From: a virus
Lineage: Duplodnaviria > Caudoviricetes
DNA: 45,628 nt
Reading direction: 5' to 3' (one strand)
IMG/VR virus record: IMGVR_UViG_3300032373_000671
Span: 1-45,628 of that record
The position numbers and the translations under genes are program-made. The notes under the pieces are model-generated. The model worked only from the letters and a program-made list of their open reading frames with translations. It made no database searches and was not told the DNA's origin. Below, piece after piece: positions 20,464 to 30,290 of the stretch (positions are counted from its first letter, which is position 1; every line of letters begins with the position of its first letter).

Positions 20464-21441
20464 TCACCTTCTCCGCTTTCGCCTTCTGTATGCGGGGTAT
20501 ATGCCCATGATAGAGGCGGCCCATGCTGTAACTAATCCCGCCACGCTACCCGCAAGCGCGACGGCACCAGATACAATTGCCGTTGTCGTATATCTACATG
20601 ACACACCTCCAGAGCTTAGAACTAATCCACTCACCCGCTTAAAGGTCTTTTTTACAGCGATGCCGATCACACTTATAGTGCCAGCCACTTTCTTCTTTGT
20701 TAGCTTCGATAGGTAGCCAGATATCAAGCAGGCACCGATCAGCGCCTTCATTATTTTTTTATTAATGACGCCTGATGGTGTTGTTGACCCCGCTATAGAT
20801 TGGGAAAATAAGACCGACCGCGAGAGTGAGCCGGAGCAGGTAATAGATCCTGATGGCGTTGAATAGTATGTTGTAGCCCCGCCAATATTATCCGTCCAGC
20901 CGTCAAGATCGGTGTCGGATAAGGTGCCGTCCGCCTTCCCCCAAAGACCTGGATAGCCAGTCGTATGCGGTGTGGTCGTATCGTTATAAGTTACTATCGA
21001 GGTTCCATCAACATATCCTGTAAGGACTGTTGTGGTAGAACCACTTACAGTTAATCTTAACGTGTGGTCTGAATTTATCGGCCATGACCCAACCCCTTGC
21101 CCTAACCATGCTAGATCTTTCAGTAAGATAGCAGTTGTATAATTACCACCAACGGGGTCAGATAAATAAAGTGCGTAACCGTCTGCAGATGCAGACATTC
21201 GCACAGATGCACCTTTTTCTATCCACCCACTCGCTGATACTTTGTGTACCACCTCCGATTCATGATCTGCAGGCTGACCGTTGTTATAATAACCACCATA
21301 ACGCACCCATACAGCCGAAGCTCTCAGAACGTTATTTTGGATTTCAGCATTTGACACACCCATCGTGGCAGCCGAATCCCACGCCGAATCATGCGTATCA
21401 AGTGCCGTACCGTTGGTATCAGTGAAATTATCAATTGCCAT
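20464..21441 (-). CDS. Putative structural protein with beta-sandwich (lectin-like) N-domain
   Basis: DNFTDTNGTAL start, Thr/Gly/Trp-rich, LTGYVDG motif; SG-repeat region; basic tail RRRKRRR. Confidence 0.65.
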   Translation of the reverse strand: MAIDNFTDTNGTALDTHDSAWDSAATMGVSNAEIQNNVLRASAVWVRYGGYYNNGQPADHESEVVHKVSASGWIEKGASVRMSASADGYALYLSDPVGGNYTTAILLKDLAWLGQGVGSWPINSDHTLRLTVSGSTTTVLTGYVDGTSIVTYNDTTTPHTTGYPGLWGKADGTLSDTDLDGWTDNIGGATTYYSTPSGSITCSGSLSRSVLFSQSIAGSTTPSGVINKKIMKALIGACLISGYLSKLTKKKVAGTISVIGIAVKKTFKRVSGLVLSSGGVSCRYTTTAIVSGAVALAGSVAGLVTAWAASIMGIYPAYRRRKRRR

Positions 21442-21800
21442 TAAAAGCGCTCGAAAAAATCAACATCGCCATGCCCAAGAAAGCTCATGACTCGCTGGCG
21501 AATAGTGATTGCACTTGGTGCTCCATCGATTCCGGTCACGCCGACTGCTCGCACCCGTGATATCCGCCCCATCACGTTTGGGGCATCGAGATCAATAATG
21601 TCAGCCTTGCCAATCAGCCACGATTCAATTTCAGAATCAGGTGCATCTATTTGCACCACATAGTAATTACGCAGATAACCAGCGCCCTGAACATCAGGCA
21701 AAATGCCTTTCGCAGGGCCGGGGAACGTGCCGGAATACATAGGACGCGGATCAGGGCGCTCCGGTGTTAATGGTGCGAAGGGTATTATGAAGTGGCGCAC
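21441..21800 (-). CDS. Hypothetical protein
   Basis: Packed in morphogenesis operon; TAATG overlap with next gene. Confidence 0.65.
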   Translation of the reverse strand: MRHFIIPFAPLTPERPDPRPMYSGTFPGPAKGILPDVQGAGYLRNYYVVQIDAPDSEIESWLIGKADIIDLDAPNVMGRISRVRAVGVTGIDGAPSAITIRQRVMSFLGHGDVDFFERF

Positions 21801-21817
21801 AATCTGTAATATTTATG

Positions 21818-22354
21818 CTATGACCCACTCGGAACAGTCAATTCATAAGTAAACTCAATCGCATCACCATTCACGACATTTATCGCTGCGAATAACGAAC
21901 GATCAAGCATGGTGCCAACGCTAGACGCTGAGAATATTCCGTGTTCTGTAATGGCTCGTGTGGCGGTGTAGTTGACAGTGCCAACGGTGCGGTAGATGTT
22001 TGCACTGGCACCTTCAAGCTGTGTGCCAGTTGCCCTTGTTTCAACTTCAGTGACAAGTGCAGTCTGTGCAGCGGATTCAGCAGTAACGCCCGTGCCTGAT
22101 CCGTGATATCTAAATGTTTCAACTTCAGTAATGTTCTGAAAGGCATCGACAATGAAGGCAACACCGGCATCAGTCACAACCTTCGTGCAGACAAGGCCGA
22201 GATTTTCACGTGACCCATCCGGTTTAATGCGCGTAACAAACAATCTGCCGGTTGGCGTAATGTCACCAGCATTGAAGAAGCCGCCAACTGCAGCCGCCAG
22301 CACCCGACAATCAAGCATGAATTCAAGAAATAAACGCTTTAAGAAAAGAATCAT
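21818..22354 (-). CDS. Putative structural protein
   Basis: VVTDAG...GTG.TAE...TAL...AITEHGIF.A...G.ML.R..F..INV..GD pattern seen in phage fibre/decoration proteins. Confidence 0.75.
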   Translation of the reverse strand: MILFLKRLFLEFMLDCRVLAAAVGGFFNAGDITPTGRLFVTRIKPDGSRENLGLVCTKVVTDAGVAFIVDAFQNITEVETFRYHGSGTGVTAESAAQTALVTEVETRATGTQLEGASANIYRTVGTVNYTATRAITEHGIFSASSVGTMLDRSLFAAINVVNGDAIEFTYELTVPSGS

Positions 22355-22464
22355 TCGGTTCTACCTCTATTTGCACGGCCAAGCTCTTTCAGGTGGTTTT
22401 GTTTGTAGCTGTGGCACAGGCATTTAATCCAGTTCCACAAGCCTCTGCCGTGGTTAAACTTCAT
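22351..22464 (-). CDS. 37-aa hypothetical protein (not in ORF track)
   Basis: MKFNHGRGLWNWIKCLCHSYKQNHLKELGRANRGRTE; start overlaps upstream stop and stop overlaps downstream start. Confidence 0.55.
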   Translation of the reverse strand: MKFNHGRGLWNWIKCLCHSYKQNHLKELGRANRGRTE

Positions 22465-22814
22465 TACATCGTGTTCCGAACAAGCAGTAAGCAGGTCAAA
22501 GAAACACCTGCCCCAGCAGTAACAATAGGACGGATAAGCGAAGTGAATTCAGAAACCGCTTCGATCTTTTCCGCTCCAAATAAAAGCTCGTTGCCCTGTG
22601 GATCGGTTAATGGCAGATAGACCGGGGTTTCAATATCAAGCGCACCCTCGAAGCGAACAGTGCCGCCACCGAAAGAACCTCCCACCTGAATCGTTCTATC
22701 GGTTGACCCGCTATGCTGAACAGGCTTGCCACTATCAACTTCAGTGAGGCCTTCCCACTTATAGAGGACAGCGCCACCGTTCAACTCAGTTTTTGTGTAA
22801 TCAATTACAGCCAT
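22464..22814 (-). CDS. Putative virion decoration protein
   Basis: WEGL..D.G.P, IQV.G.FGG.TV..EG and LTDPQGN beta-rich pattern; in head gene cluster. Confidence 0.75.
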   Translation of the reverse strand: MAVIDYTKTELNGGAVLYKWEGLTEVDSGKPVQHSGSTDRTIQVGGSFGGGTVRFEGALDIETPVYLPLTDPQGNELLFGAEKIEAVSEFTSLIRPIVTAGAGVSLTCLLLVRNTM

Positions 22815-22842
22815 GCAGCACCTTTACAATGTGTTGATAAGC

Positions 22843-22861
22843 AAAGAGGGCCGAAGCCCTC
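22843..22861 (-). terminator. Terminator-like hairpin after capsid cluster
   Basis: GAGGGC-TTCG-GCCCTC followed by only TTT. Confidence 0.55.
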
Positions 22862-22876
22862 ATCACCGTTTTTCCG

Positions 22877-23068
22877 CTACTCTTCTTTTTCGGCAGCTTC
22901 CTCAGCTTTTGGTTTGACCTCTTCCATCCATGAGCCCATATCTTTTTCAGACTTAATCCAGAATCGCGCACCCACCTCACGAAGCTGGCCGTAATAGCCT
23001 TTTTTAGTCGCTACGACAAAGACCTTGGTAGGTTCCTTTTCTGTCTTACTTTCTTTTTTCTCAGCCAC
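22877..23068 (-). CDS. Small head-region protein
   Basis: V.A.KKGYYGQLR..G..F...GSWME motif; GAGGTG RBS. Confidence 0.75.
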   Translation of the reverse strand: MAEKKESKTEKEPTKVFVVATKKGYYGQLREVGARFWIKSEKDMGSWMEEVKPKAEEAAEKEE

Positions 23069-23086
23069 GATGCATCACCTCACTTA

Positions 23087-23503
23087 TTAAATTGCGTCAG
23101 CGTATGCTCGCCAGTTCGGAATTGAGCGCAGAGGCATCAACGAAGCGGAGAGCGTTACAGTTGGAGTCGTGCCACCAAGCGTGTAGTTCAGGCGTGATGC
23201 CCGTTCTAACAACGCACCCGGCGGCACGGGGAGCACCTTCTTATCACCAGCCCCCATTGCCGTAATCTGCGACAGACTGATCACGCCGGATGGGCTTGGA
23301 AAGGCTGCAGCGGTATCTTGCTGTAACTCGATATCAAGCGTGGGTGATGTGCCAGCAAGTGCAACATCACAGGTAATCACAATACCCATCGCCTCGCCTT
23401 CACCGACATCACCAGCAGCGCCGTGGTCAATCACATGCTCTGATGCTGCAGTAGCAGTTAATGCCTGAGCATCAGAATATTCATTTTCATAATCTACAAT
23501 CAC
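23087..23503 (-). CDS. Capsid cement protein (Bbp16-like)
   Basis: MIVD....SDAQALTATAAS..VID and RLNYT motifs; directly after the capsid gene. Confidence 0.85.
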   Translation of the reverse strand: MIVDYENEYSDAQALTATAASEHVIDHGAAGDVGEGEAMGIVITCDVALAGTSPTLDIELQQDTAAAFPSPSGVISLSQITAMGAGDKKVLPVPPGALLERASRLNYTLGGTTPTVTLSASLMPLRSIPNWRAYADAI

Positions 23504-23514
23504 GATTATTCTCC

Positions 23515-24510
23515 TTAAGAAACGACTGCTTCAGTGTTTAAGATTGCATCACAGCGACGCAGCGGAACCTCATCAAAGCTCAGAACCTTCTTGCCACCAG
23601 CAGTATCAAGGGTAAGGTTCACATTTGATTTGTTTGCCATCTGGCGACGAAGGAAAGAACGCACGGTGCGGTTACAGTAGAACGCCGGACGACCCATATT
23701 GAGATCCTTGACCTGCTCAAGCGCCTGCACCATTGCATCAATCAAGTCCGCACCAGCCGAAGCATCTTTAGTCAGCGCACTTGTATCGATGTTGGCAATC
23801 CGCACCACATAGCCCCAGTCACGAACAGTAATTCCAATGTCCCACTTATAGTGGGAACGATAGCCCTGGTACTTGCCACCTTCAGGATCTTCGAGCGTAA
23901 CTTCACCTAGATCTTTATTGGATAAACCAGCCTTCGACCCTTTTGGATAAAGACCATGAACGGTGTTTGGCCCCCAAACAATTAACCAAACAGATGTTTG
24001 ATCTGAACCAGACGCAGAAGGATCAGCAAGAATAATATTGTCACCGTTCTCAGTTGCTTTACTGCTAAAGCGAGGCGCAAGTCCCATGAACTTTTCTTTA
24101 TCAACAGATGAATCAGCGTAGAACATACCTGACGCCATATCTTGGTTCATACCTTCGATAAAGGCACGGTCTTCTGACAGGCGAAATCCTTGAGGATCAC
24201 CACTCATATCGACCAATGCTTTATCAGATTCTGCGTAGTTTTCCAGCATTCCCACGCCATCACGAACAGGAACCGTCTGTGATTTACTTGGCTGAACACC
24301 ATAGTTCAACTTACGCCAGGTTGCTGTTGGTAAACCAGAACGCACCGTTGTTTTATGTGTCGTGCCATCATTACACTCAATAAATGTAGCATCGTCGAGA
24401 ATTTCATTTGTTTCAGATAGAATCTCAACCACATCAGCAATTGAGCCATCTGGATCAGTTCGGCTTGCCACATCTTGCAGGGTTGGATTAGTTAAACCTT
24501 TAGTCGCCAT
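23515..24510 (-). CDS. Major capsid protein (BPP-1/epsilon15-like)
   Basis: E.LSETNEILDD, RSGLP..TWRKLN.GV, F.GLAPR, G.YPKGSKAGL, RIANID and DAILNTEA motifs. Confidence 0.93.
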   Translation of the reverse strand: MATKGLTNPTLQDVASRTDPDGSIADVVEILSETNEILDDATFIECNDGTTHKTTVRSGLPTATWRKLNYGVQPSKSQTVPVRDGVGMLENYAESDKALVDMSGDPQGFRLSEDRAFIEGMNQDMASGMFYADSSVDKEKFMGLAPRFSSKATENGDNIILADPSASGSDQTSVWLIVWGPNTVHGLYPKGSKAGLSNKDLGEVTLEDPEGGKYQGYRSHYKWDIGITVRDWGYVVRIANIDTSALTKDASAGADLIDAMVQALEQVKDLNMGRPAFYCNRTVRSFLRRQMANKSNVNLTLDTAGGKKVLSFDEVPLRRCDAILNTEAVVS

Positions 24511-24522
24511 TATTTAGCTCCG

Positions 24523-25191
24523 TTAATCTTTTTTATTCATCGTTGGAAACATGCGCTGGCCAGCAGTCTTGCCGTCGCCACCGTCACCAGCCGTTACAAA
24601 ATCATCATCACTGCTCATTGCTGCACCGATCTTTGCGACGAACTTGAAGAAATTGGGGTTGTTGCCGTAGCCGGTGTCATCCAATAGCGTTTTAAATTCA
24701 TCATCACTAAATCGATCAATAACGCGCTTAGCATCTTCGGAAGACTTCTCGAAATTGGCACCGCCAAAATCTTTGTCTGCCTCGATGTCTTTAGCCCATT
24801 GATCCACTTGCAGGTCATGCGACTCTTTCATTTGATCGAGGAAGCCCTGTCGATCTGCGCTCTGGCTTTCGACTAGGCGCTGCGCTTGTTCATTGCTCAG
24901 GCCAAACTCTTTCGCCAGCTCCGCAGCTTTCTCCAAATCCGAATCATTCAGTTTTGAATCTTCAGGTAATGTCAGTTCATAGGTTTCAGGCACTTCGGGC
25001 TTATCACCCTCGCCATCACCTTTTTCCTTTTCATCACCATCAGGGGTTTCTTTATCTTTGCCAGAGTCTTCATCACCAGACTGATCGCCTTCATCGGCAG
25101 CAGCGGCAGCAAGTTTTTCACTCTCATCAGCGGAGGCAGATACGTCAGGGGCTCCCTTTTCACCGCCAGCTTCGCTTTCAACAGTCATCAA
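24523..25191 (-). CDS. Capsid scaffolding protein
   Basis: Acidic N-terminus; PETYEL, GLSNEQAQ and G.GN.P motifs; precedes the capsid gene. Confidence 0.8.
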   Translation of the reverse strand: MMTVESEAGGEKGAPDVSASADESEKLAAAAADEGDQSGDEDSGKDKETPDGDEKEKGDGEGDKPEVPETYELTLPEDSKLNDSDLEKAAELAKEFGLSNEQAQRLVESQSADRQGFLDQMKESHDLQVDQWAKDIEADKDFGGANFEKSSEDAKRVIDRFSDDEFKTLLDDTGYGNNPNFFKFVAKIGAAMSSDDDFVTAGDGGDGKTAGQRMFPTMNKKD

Positions 25192-25565
25192 TCCACTCCT
25201 TCATTTTTTAGTCGTTTTTCCAAGGCTTCGGCTTGCGCCAATAACCAATCACGAGGGCAAGTATCACTAAGCTCACTCAGTAGCGTTAGTCCCACATTGC
25301 GCTCACCTTCTTTGAAAATAGGATCTGATCCACGACCGGTTGCCGTGCACAGATAACTTGAATGTTGAATGCCGCACTTACTCATGATTAGGTCGTGAAC
25401 AATCCGCCGTCCACGCTGGTCAGACATGAGCCAGTTAAGATCGTTTTCACGCTGAGACTTTCTTGAATCTTCTGATCGCTTTGCGTTGTCGAGCTGTTCC
25501 TTGTCACCCGTATCGCTAATCAGCTGTTTTTTCTTTGCGCGGTTTCGATCACGAGTACCCATCAT
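25188..25565 (-). CDS. Bbp19-like protein
   Basis: DLNWLMSD.RGRR...F.EGERNVGL motif between portal and scaffold. Confidence 0.8.
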   Translation of the reverse strand: MMGTRDRNRAKKKQLISDTGDKEQLDNAKRSEDSRKSQRENDLNWLMSDQRGRRIVHDLIMSKCGIQHSSYLCTATGRGSDPIFKEGERNVGLTLLSELSDTCPRDWLLAQAEALEKRLKNEGVD

Positions 25566-27244
25566 CGACCACCGAGCATGCGGGTTAATGCGTTGTCATC
25601 AACGACATTGGTTTCAGAAAGTGTCTTGGCTGAATTCGCAGCGGTAGCGGCTTGTTCAGCAGCGGCCTGCTCCTGCTCTTTCTTCGCGCGATTTTCTCTG
25701 ATCTCTGCGACTTCCTCATCTGATCTAACGATGCCAGGAACCACGCCGGTCATATCAGCGTACTCATCAATTGACTGATCGAAATCAATCTTGTCAGCCA
25801 CCTCTGGTACCGCTTCCATCAGGCTTCCGGCATAGCGCATGAATCGATCTGTTGAGGCAAGCCCGACCATCTTCTGTGCCTGTGCCATGATTGAGATGTA
25901 CTCAACCTTTAGATCAACACCTTCAAGGTCTGGTGGTGGCTCAGGCAGCATTCCTCGCTGTTCCATGATCGAATAAGTCCGATCAATCACCGGGTCAAAT
26001 CCTTCATAATTAAGACGACCAAGGACCGGGCCTAGTACGGTTAATTTTTCCTCGCCCTTCTCTTCAATCTCACGTGCAGTGACCTGTCTGCGGTCTGACT
26101 GCGATATCATCAAGAACAGATCTTCGTAGAAGGCTCTCTTTACCCGACCTCTGACATCCTGAATGTCATTAAGCACACCACCCAGATCAATCTTGACGTC
26201 GTAAATTGACCTCAAGCCGCCCCTGTCATTGCTGCTATCGACAAAGGTAATATCATTGGGGATGGTTGATACTCGGCTATTCGCAAGTGATAACGGCCCT
26301 TGTAGCGCAGGCGCTATCTGCTTGGCTAATGCCTGGCTCTTTCGCTTATTTAATAACTGAAGCTCTTGAATATCACCTAGCGCTTCCATGCCCGGAGATG
26401 AAGCATAAACATCTTCACCGACCACATCCCAGCGAGGGCAGATAATAGGATTCTCATCAAATCCTTTTTCGCGCAGCAGTTTATTTTCGTTATTATTTGG
26501 CTCGTAATAAGTCGAGCTGAACAACTTGTACTTAGATAGTAATTTGGATGGATCAAACTCGGGGTTCGGCTGTGTGCAGTGCATCACCACCACTACCGTT
26601 TCGTAGTTGCCAGCTTCCCACGCGGATTTGATCTGAGTGGAAAAGTTATTCCATCGCTTGAATGGGCCAGCATGACGATCACCAAACTTGTTGACCACCT
26701 GGCGGACAGTCATCGGGATCTCGCGCATATAGGTATCAATCTTCTGTTTCTCATTGGCAGCTAACCAGTAAGAGCCAATCGGTGATACTTGCGTGTGAAT
26801 AACCTTTTCAACATCCTCCATGATAGGCATGGCCGCTATGCCATTCAGCCCCATGTGTGAATAGACTATTGGCAAGCTGTTGTACAAATTAGATCGAGCG
26901 AACACAAACCGCATGCGCTTGGATACTTCGTGGAGGTGCTTCTTAACCGGTCCGAACTCATTCAGATCTTTATCAGGCGTAGCCAACTGAAACCAAGGAC
27001 GTGCCGGCGATGTTAGCCCGGTCATCATGCCAGCGCTCAATGTACGAAGTGAAAGTGTTGCCGTGTTGTCAGCAATTCGATTGTGACGCTTGCCGCCTTT
27101 GTTGCGATCGCTCAGAAGAAACTTTGGCTGTCTCGGTGTTACTAGTTCATTGAGCGACCGCCAGTGCGGAATCCAGCTACTACGCTCTTTATCAAGCTGG
27201 CCGTGCAGCTTTCGCAGTCGGTCTAATTTTGATTCAGCACTCAT
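25562..27244 (-). CDS. Portal (head-tail connector), podovirus type
   Basis: GLTSPARPWF.L, PRW...GE.Y..SPGMEAL.D and TAREI.E..EEKL..LGPV motifs. Confidence 0.95.
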   Translation of the reverse strand: MSAESKLDRLRKLHGQLDKERSSWIPHWRSLNELVTPRQPKFLLSDRNKGGKRHNRIADNTATLSLRTLSAGMMTGLTSPARPWFQLATPDKDLNEFGPVKKHLHEVSKRMRFVFARSNLYNSLPIVYSHMGLNGIAAMPIMEDVEKVIHTQVSPIGSYWLAANEKQKIDTYMREIPMTVRQVVNKFGDRHAGPFKRWNNFSTQIKSAWEAGNYETVVVVMHCTQPNPEFDPSKLLSKYKLFSSTYYEPNNNENKLLREKGFDENPIICPRWDVVGEDVYASSPGMEALGDIQELQLLNKRKSQALAKQIAPALQGPLSLANSRVSTIPNDITFVDSSNDRGGLRSIYDVKIDLGGVLNDIQDVRGRVKRAFYEDLFLMISQSDRRQVTAREIEEKGEEKLTVLGPVLGRLNYEGFDPVIDRTYSIMEQRGMLPEPPPDLEGVDLKVEYISIMAQAQKMVGLASTDRFMRYAGSLMEAVPEVADKIDFDQSIDEYADMTGVVPGIVRSDEEVAEIRENRAKKEQEQAAAEQAATAANSAKTLSETNVVDDNALTRMLGGR

Positions 27245-27534
27245 CAGTGACCCAGCAACGTTTTACGCTTCGTGCCAGTCGATTCACCAAGCTCACCAAG
27301 GCCACTACCACCAGTCAGTATTGTTCCTGATCGACCATCAGCATTCAGCGCTCGCTTTGTTTGGCGTTTACGTGCGTCAGTGGCAGCTTTTTCAGGTTTT
27401 ACTTTTGGCTTTGGTGGCTCAGGTGGTGGCGGTATCACGATGTCAGGTGCTATTGCATCCTTTATCTTGTCACCGGCTTCACCAGCCTTTTTTGCCCCCT
27501 CTTTGGCCTGCCAATAGTTCGCAGCATTACCCAT
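27244..27534 (-). CDS. Small virion-associated protein preceding portal
   Basis: Pro-rich tract, GRSGTILTG and KTLLG C-terminus typical at this locus. Confidence 0.8.
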   Translation of the reverse strand: MGNAANYWQAKEGAKKAGEAGDKIKDAIAPDIVIPPPPEPPKPKVKPEKAATDARKRQTKRALNADGRSGTILTGGSGLGELGESTGTKRKTLLGH

Positions 27535-27991
27535 CTTGCGGTGCCCTCTTCAGCCAGATAAGGTCAACCAGCTCATAACCAGAGCGTTTAAGTATTGTGG
27601 ATAAAGCGGGGTGATCTGCTTTGGCATGGTGCCCGACAATCTGAACACCTTCGCCGAACAATTGATTATCGCAGTACATAACCAGACCAAGGCCAACACG
27701 ACCTTTTCTATGTTCCTGCATCAGAAAGATGACATCTTCCTGCGCCTGAAGGGTTCCCATGTAGTGCGGGTGATGCCTTACGATAAAGGCTGCATAGCCA
27801 ACGAGAACGCCATCAATACGCGCCGTATAACAGCGCAGCATGCCGAGCTCTTCAAGGTGGTTGTAACCCTCGATATCGGGGTCAAGTGGAATGTCTTTGA
27901 AATGCGCTATTTCATCCCAATGGGTATGAAGCAGAGGTAAGACCTCATCCCAAAGGGTGACAACTGATTCTCGTTGATATTCTGCTTTCAT
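27527..27991 (-). CDS. GNAT-family acetyltransferase
   Basis: G.LVGY, EDVIFL..EHRKGRVG and L.R.GY motifs. Confidence 0.8.
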   Translation of the reverse strand: MKAEYQRESVVTLWDEVLPLLHTHWDEIAHFKDIPLDPDIEGYNHLEELGMLRCYTARIDGVLVGYAAFIVRHHPHYMGTLQAQEDVIFLMQEHRKGRVGLGLVMYCDNQLFGEGVQIVGHHAKADHPALSTILKRSGYELVDLIWLKRAPQDG

Positions 27992-27998
27992 GCCCCGC

Positions 27999-28033
27999 AG
28001 AGTAGCGAGGCGGCTGGGTCTAGGTTAGTGCCA
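27999..28033 (-). promoter_or_regulatory. Putative late promoter (TGGCACTAAC-19 nt-TACTCT)
   Basis: Matches 7754-7788; hexamer ends 7 nt before the ATG at 27991, which has no clear RBS. Confidence 0.5.
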
Positions 28034-28050
28034 GAGTTTCAGGCTTTTGT

Positions 28051-29517
28051 TTAAACCTCCATCGGGTCAAATTCGTGAACCACGCCCTGATTACCACTTC
28101 TCTTTTTAACAACAGGAAAAGCAAATGTTAAGCCCAGCTGATCCAGCTTGTTCGGTGATCTTCCAATGACCTTCTTCATATCAGCTTTCGGCGGAAACTT
28201 AAACTTACCATCCATCGTTGGCATTGTCTCAAGCGCTATCAGCTCTTCATACAGCTCGTCATCAGGATCAAGCACACCACCAGCCTCAAGCCATTCTTTA
28301 ATGCTCACTAGCATCTCAGCACGCTTGTTGTAGCAATCCTTACGGCCTGATTCAGATGAGAACGCGACAAGTTGCCAGCTTCGGCCCATCGTTGTTCCGG
28401 CGGAGTATATGCCGGTGCCATAGCCCATATCAATAAAAACAGCGTCAGCATTGTGCTCGTCTTCGTACCTGGCTAACTTGTTGGCGACCACCACATCATT
28501 ATTATTCTTCTTGAATGTTTCCAATACTCGATGGTGCAATCCTTGGCGATAACCAATGACAATGTCATCATCACCCCACCATGCAGGGTCACAGGTTAGT
28601 ATCACAGGTGCAAAATCATACTGATGAGAATTCAGGTGTGATCCTCTGTTTCGTTCGATCAACTCAGTCGGGATGAACTGCGAAGCTGAAGCGTTCGGAA
28701 ACTCACCTCTGACACGCACCCTGAACCAATCAGAGTCAACACCATACGACTCTTCCCACTTCTTGATTTTGACCTTGTTGGTGCCGGGAACGGTGCGCGA
28801 ATCAATCTTTTTCGTGCTCCAGTCTTTTGAATGCTGGCGCCAGCATTCACGGAATCGCCCGGTGTTTCTTGTTGGGTTACCAAATGCTATCCAGATGATT
28901 TCAGTATCTTCATCGGTCAGTGCGCCCTCGATTACTTCCCATATCACATCGTCAATGGCCGAGGCCTCATCAAACAGAATAACGATACGCTTGCCTTTAT
29001 TATGTAGACCAGCAAACGCCTCAGTATTATCTTTTGACCATGGCAGGAAATCACAGCGCCATGATTTATCATGCTTAGGCTGGTTTGAGTAAATGGCCGT
29101 TGCAGTGCTATTGAACCAATGCTCGGTAATGGACATGTTTCGCCACTTGATAACCTCCGGTACCGTCTTTGATTTCAGCTGGCCATCAGTGTTTGCAGTC
29201 ACGATAATGCGTGTGTCTTCGCAGGTATCCATTGCCCAGTCAACCACCATGCCGAAGAGTGCAGACTTGCCAATACCATGGCCTGATGACCGTGCAATCT
29301 GAAGTGGCTGGTGTCGTGTCTCAGGGTTCTGTAGGTGGTCGCCTATCTCATTGAGCACTTCTTTTTGCCACTCACGAGGGCCACTTTCATTTTCTAGCGG
29401 AGTTTCTTTTTCACCCCAGGGGAAGGCGTAACATGCGTACCCATACGGATCATGGGTAAACCCTGCGATATCCTCAATCAGCTGGTCTTCTAGCTGTTCG
29501 GCGGTTAGTTGCTGCAT
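28051..29517 (-). CDS. terL: Terminase large subunit
   Basis: Walker A SGHGIGKS, Walker B ILFDEAS, GNP coupling motif, nuclease DPA...DD. Confidence 0.95.
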   Translation of the reverse strand: MQQLTAEQLEDQLIEDIAGFTHDPYGYACYAFPWGEKETPLENESGPREWQKEVLNEIGDHLQNPETRHQPLQIARSSGHGIGKSALFGMVVDWAMDTCEDTRIIVTANTDGQLKSKTVPEVIKWRNMSITEHWFNSTATAIYSNQPKHDKSWRCDFLPWSKDNTEAFAGLHNKGKRIVILFDEASAIDDVIWEVIEGALTDEDTEIIWIAFGNPTRNTGRFRECWRQHSKDWSTKKIDSRTVPGTNKVKIKKWEESYGVDSDWFRVRVRGEFPNASASQFIPTELIERNRGSHLNSHQYDFAPVILTCDPAWWGDDDIVIGYRQGLHHRVLETFKKNNNDVVVANKLARYEDEHNADAVFIDMGYGTGIYSAGTTMGRSWQLVAFSSESGRKDCYNKRAEMLVSIKEWLEAGGVLDPDDELYEELIALETMPTMDGKFKFPPKADMKKVIGRSPNKLDQLGLTFAFPVVKKRSGNQGVVHEFDPMEV

Positions 29518-29518
29518 G

Positions 29519-29725
29519 TTACTGGTATCGCCTTATCTTGGTTTTCTGTTTCGCAGAAGTCAGATGCCACTCGTGACAAATCGGGCACTGATAAGGCCTA
29601 AGCTTGCTACCTGCTTTTCGATTGTTCTTTCTTCGCTTGGTGAATCTGCGGTACTGGTTGAGCATGTTTTGAGCGTCTTGATTGGCAGACTTGCGGGATT
29701 CGTAACCAATCTTAGCGCAGCCCAT
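29519..29725 (-). CDS. Small Zn-binding protein
   Basis: C.KIGY...YQCPICHEWHLTS. Confidence 0.75.
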   Translation of the reverse strand: MGCAKIGYESRKSANQDAQNMLNQYRRFTKRRKNNRKAGSKLRPYQCPICHEWHLTSAKQKTKIRRYQ

Positions 29726-29729
29726 CTGA

Positions 29730-30290
29730 TCAGCTCTTTACCCTGTTTCGAGCAGCCTTCATCTTATCTGCGAGCGTCGTAGTGTTGGTGACTTCAATCC
29801 GATCTTTGAAGGCCTGAACATCGACATGCTTGCCGATCATCTCGTATGCCTTCAGCTTATCGATAAACTTATACTTGACGATCTCACCTACCTTTTTTCG
29901 ATCCTTGCCCTGGCCGTCGTAGATCTCCTGAACATCGGCAGCACTCAGCATTCGACGCCAAATAATAGGCCATTGTTCTATGGGCTTGTAACAGCCTGTA
30001 ACAGCGTCAAAGATATCTAAGGGGTCAGAGTCGATCATCTCGCTTATACGGGTCAGCACCCATGCAGCGTCTATCTGAGTTTGCTCTGTGGCGGCTTCGG
30101 TTACTTTTAGCAGATATTTCGCCACCTCTGGCTTTTTCAGGAGTTCAGAGAACTGTGTCTCACAAGTATTGTCCTTTGCCTTCGGATAAGCCTTCTTATA
30201 AGCAAGGCGACCGTTACGACCGTTGACAATCCACTCGTCAATGGCAATCTGCCACTTATCAGTCAAACCATTGGAATTACGACGGGCCAC
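29730..30290 (-). CDS. terS: Terminase small subunit
   Basis: AYKKAYP, LLKKPEV, IDAAWVL and DKLKA.E.IGKH..V.AF motifs; upstream of terL. Confidence 0.9.
   Translation of the reverse strand: MARRNSNGLTDKWQIAIDEWIVNGRNGRLAYKKAYPKAKDNTCETQFSELLKKPEVAKYLLKVTEAATEQTQIDAAWVLTRISEMIDSDPLDIFDAVTGCYKPIEQWPIIWRRMLSAADVQEIYDGQGKDRKKVGEIVKYKFIDKLKAYEMIGKHVDVQAFKDRIEVTNTTTLADKMKAARNRVKS

Noticed and set aside
27596-27604. Perfect DnaA box TGTGGATAA
   Set aside because: Isolated, inside a coding region and far from the iterons; probably chance.
8096-29302. Many plus-strand ORFs in the structural region
   Set aside because: Antisense shadows of well-supported minus-strand genes.
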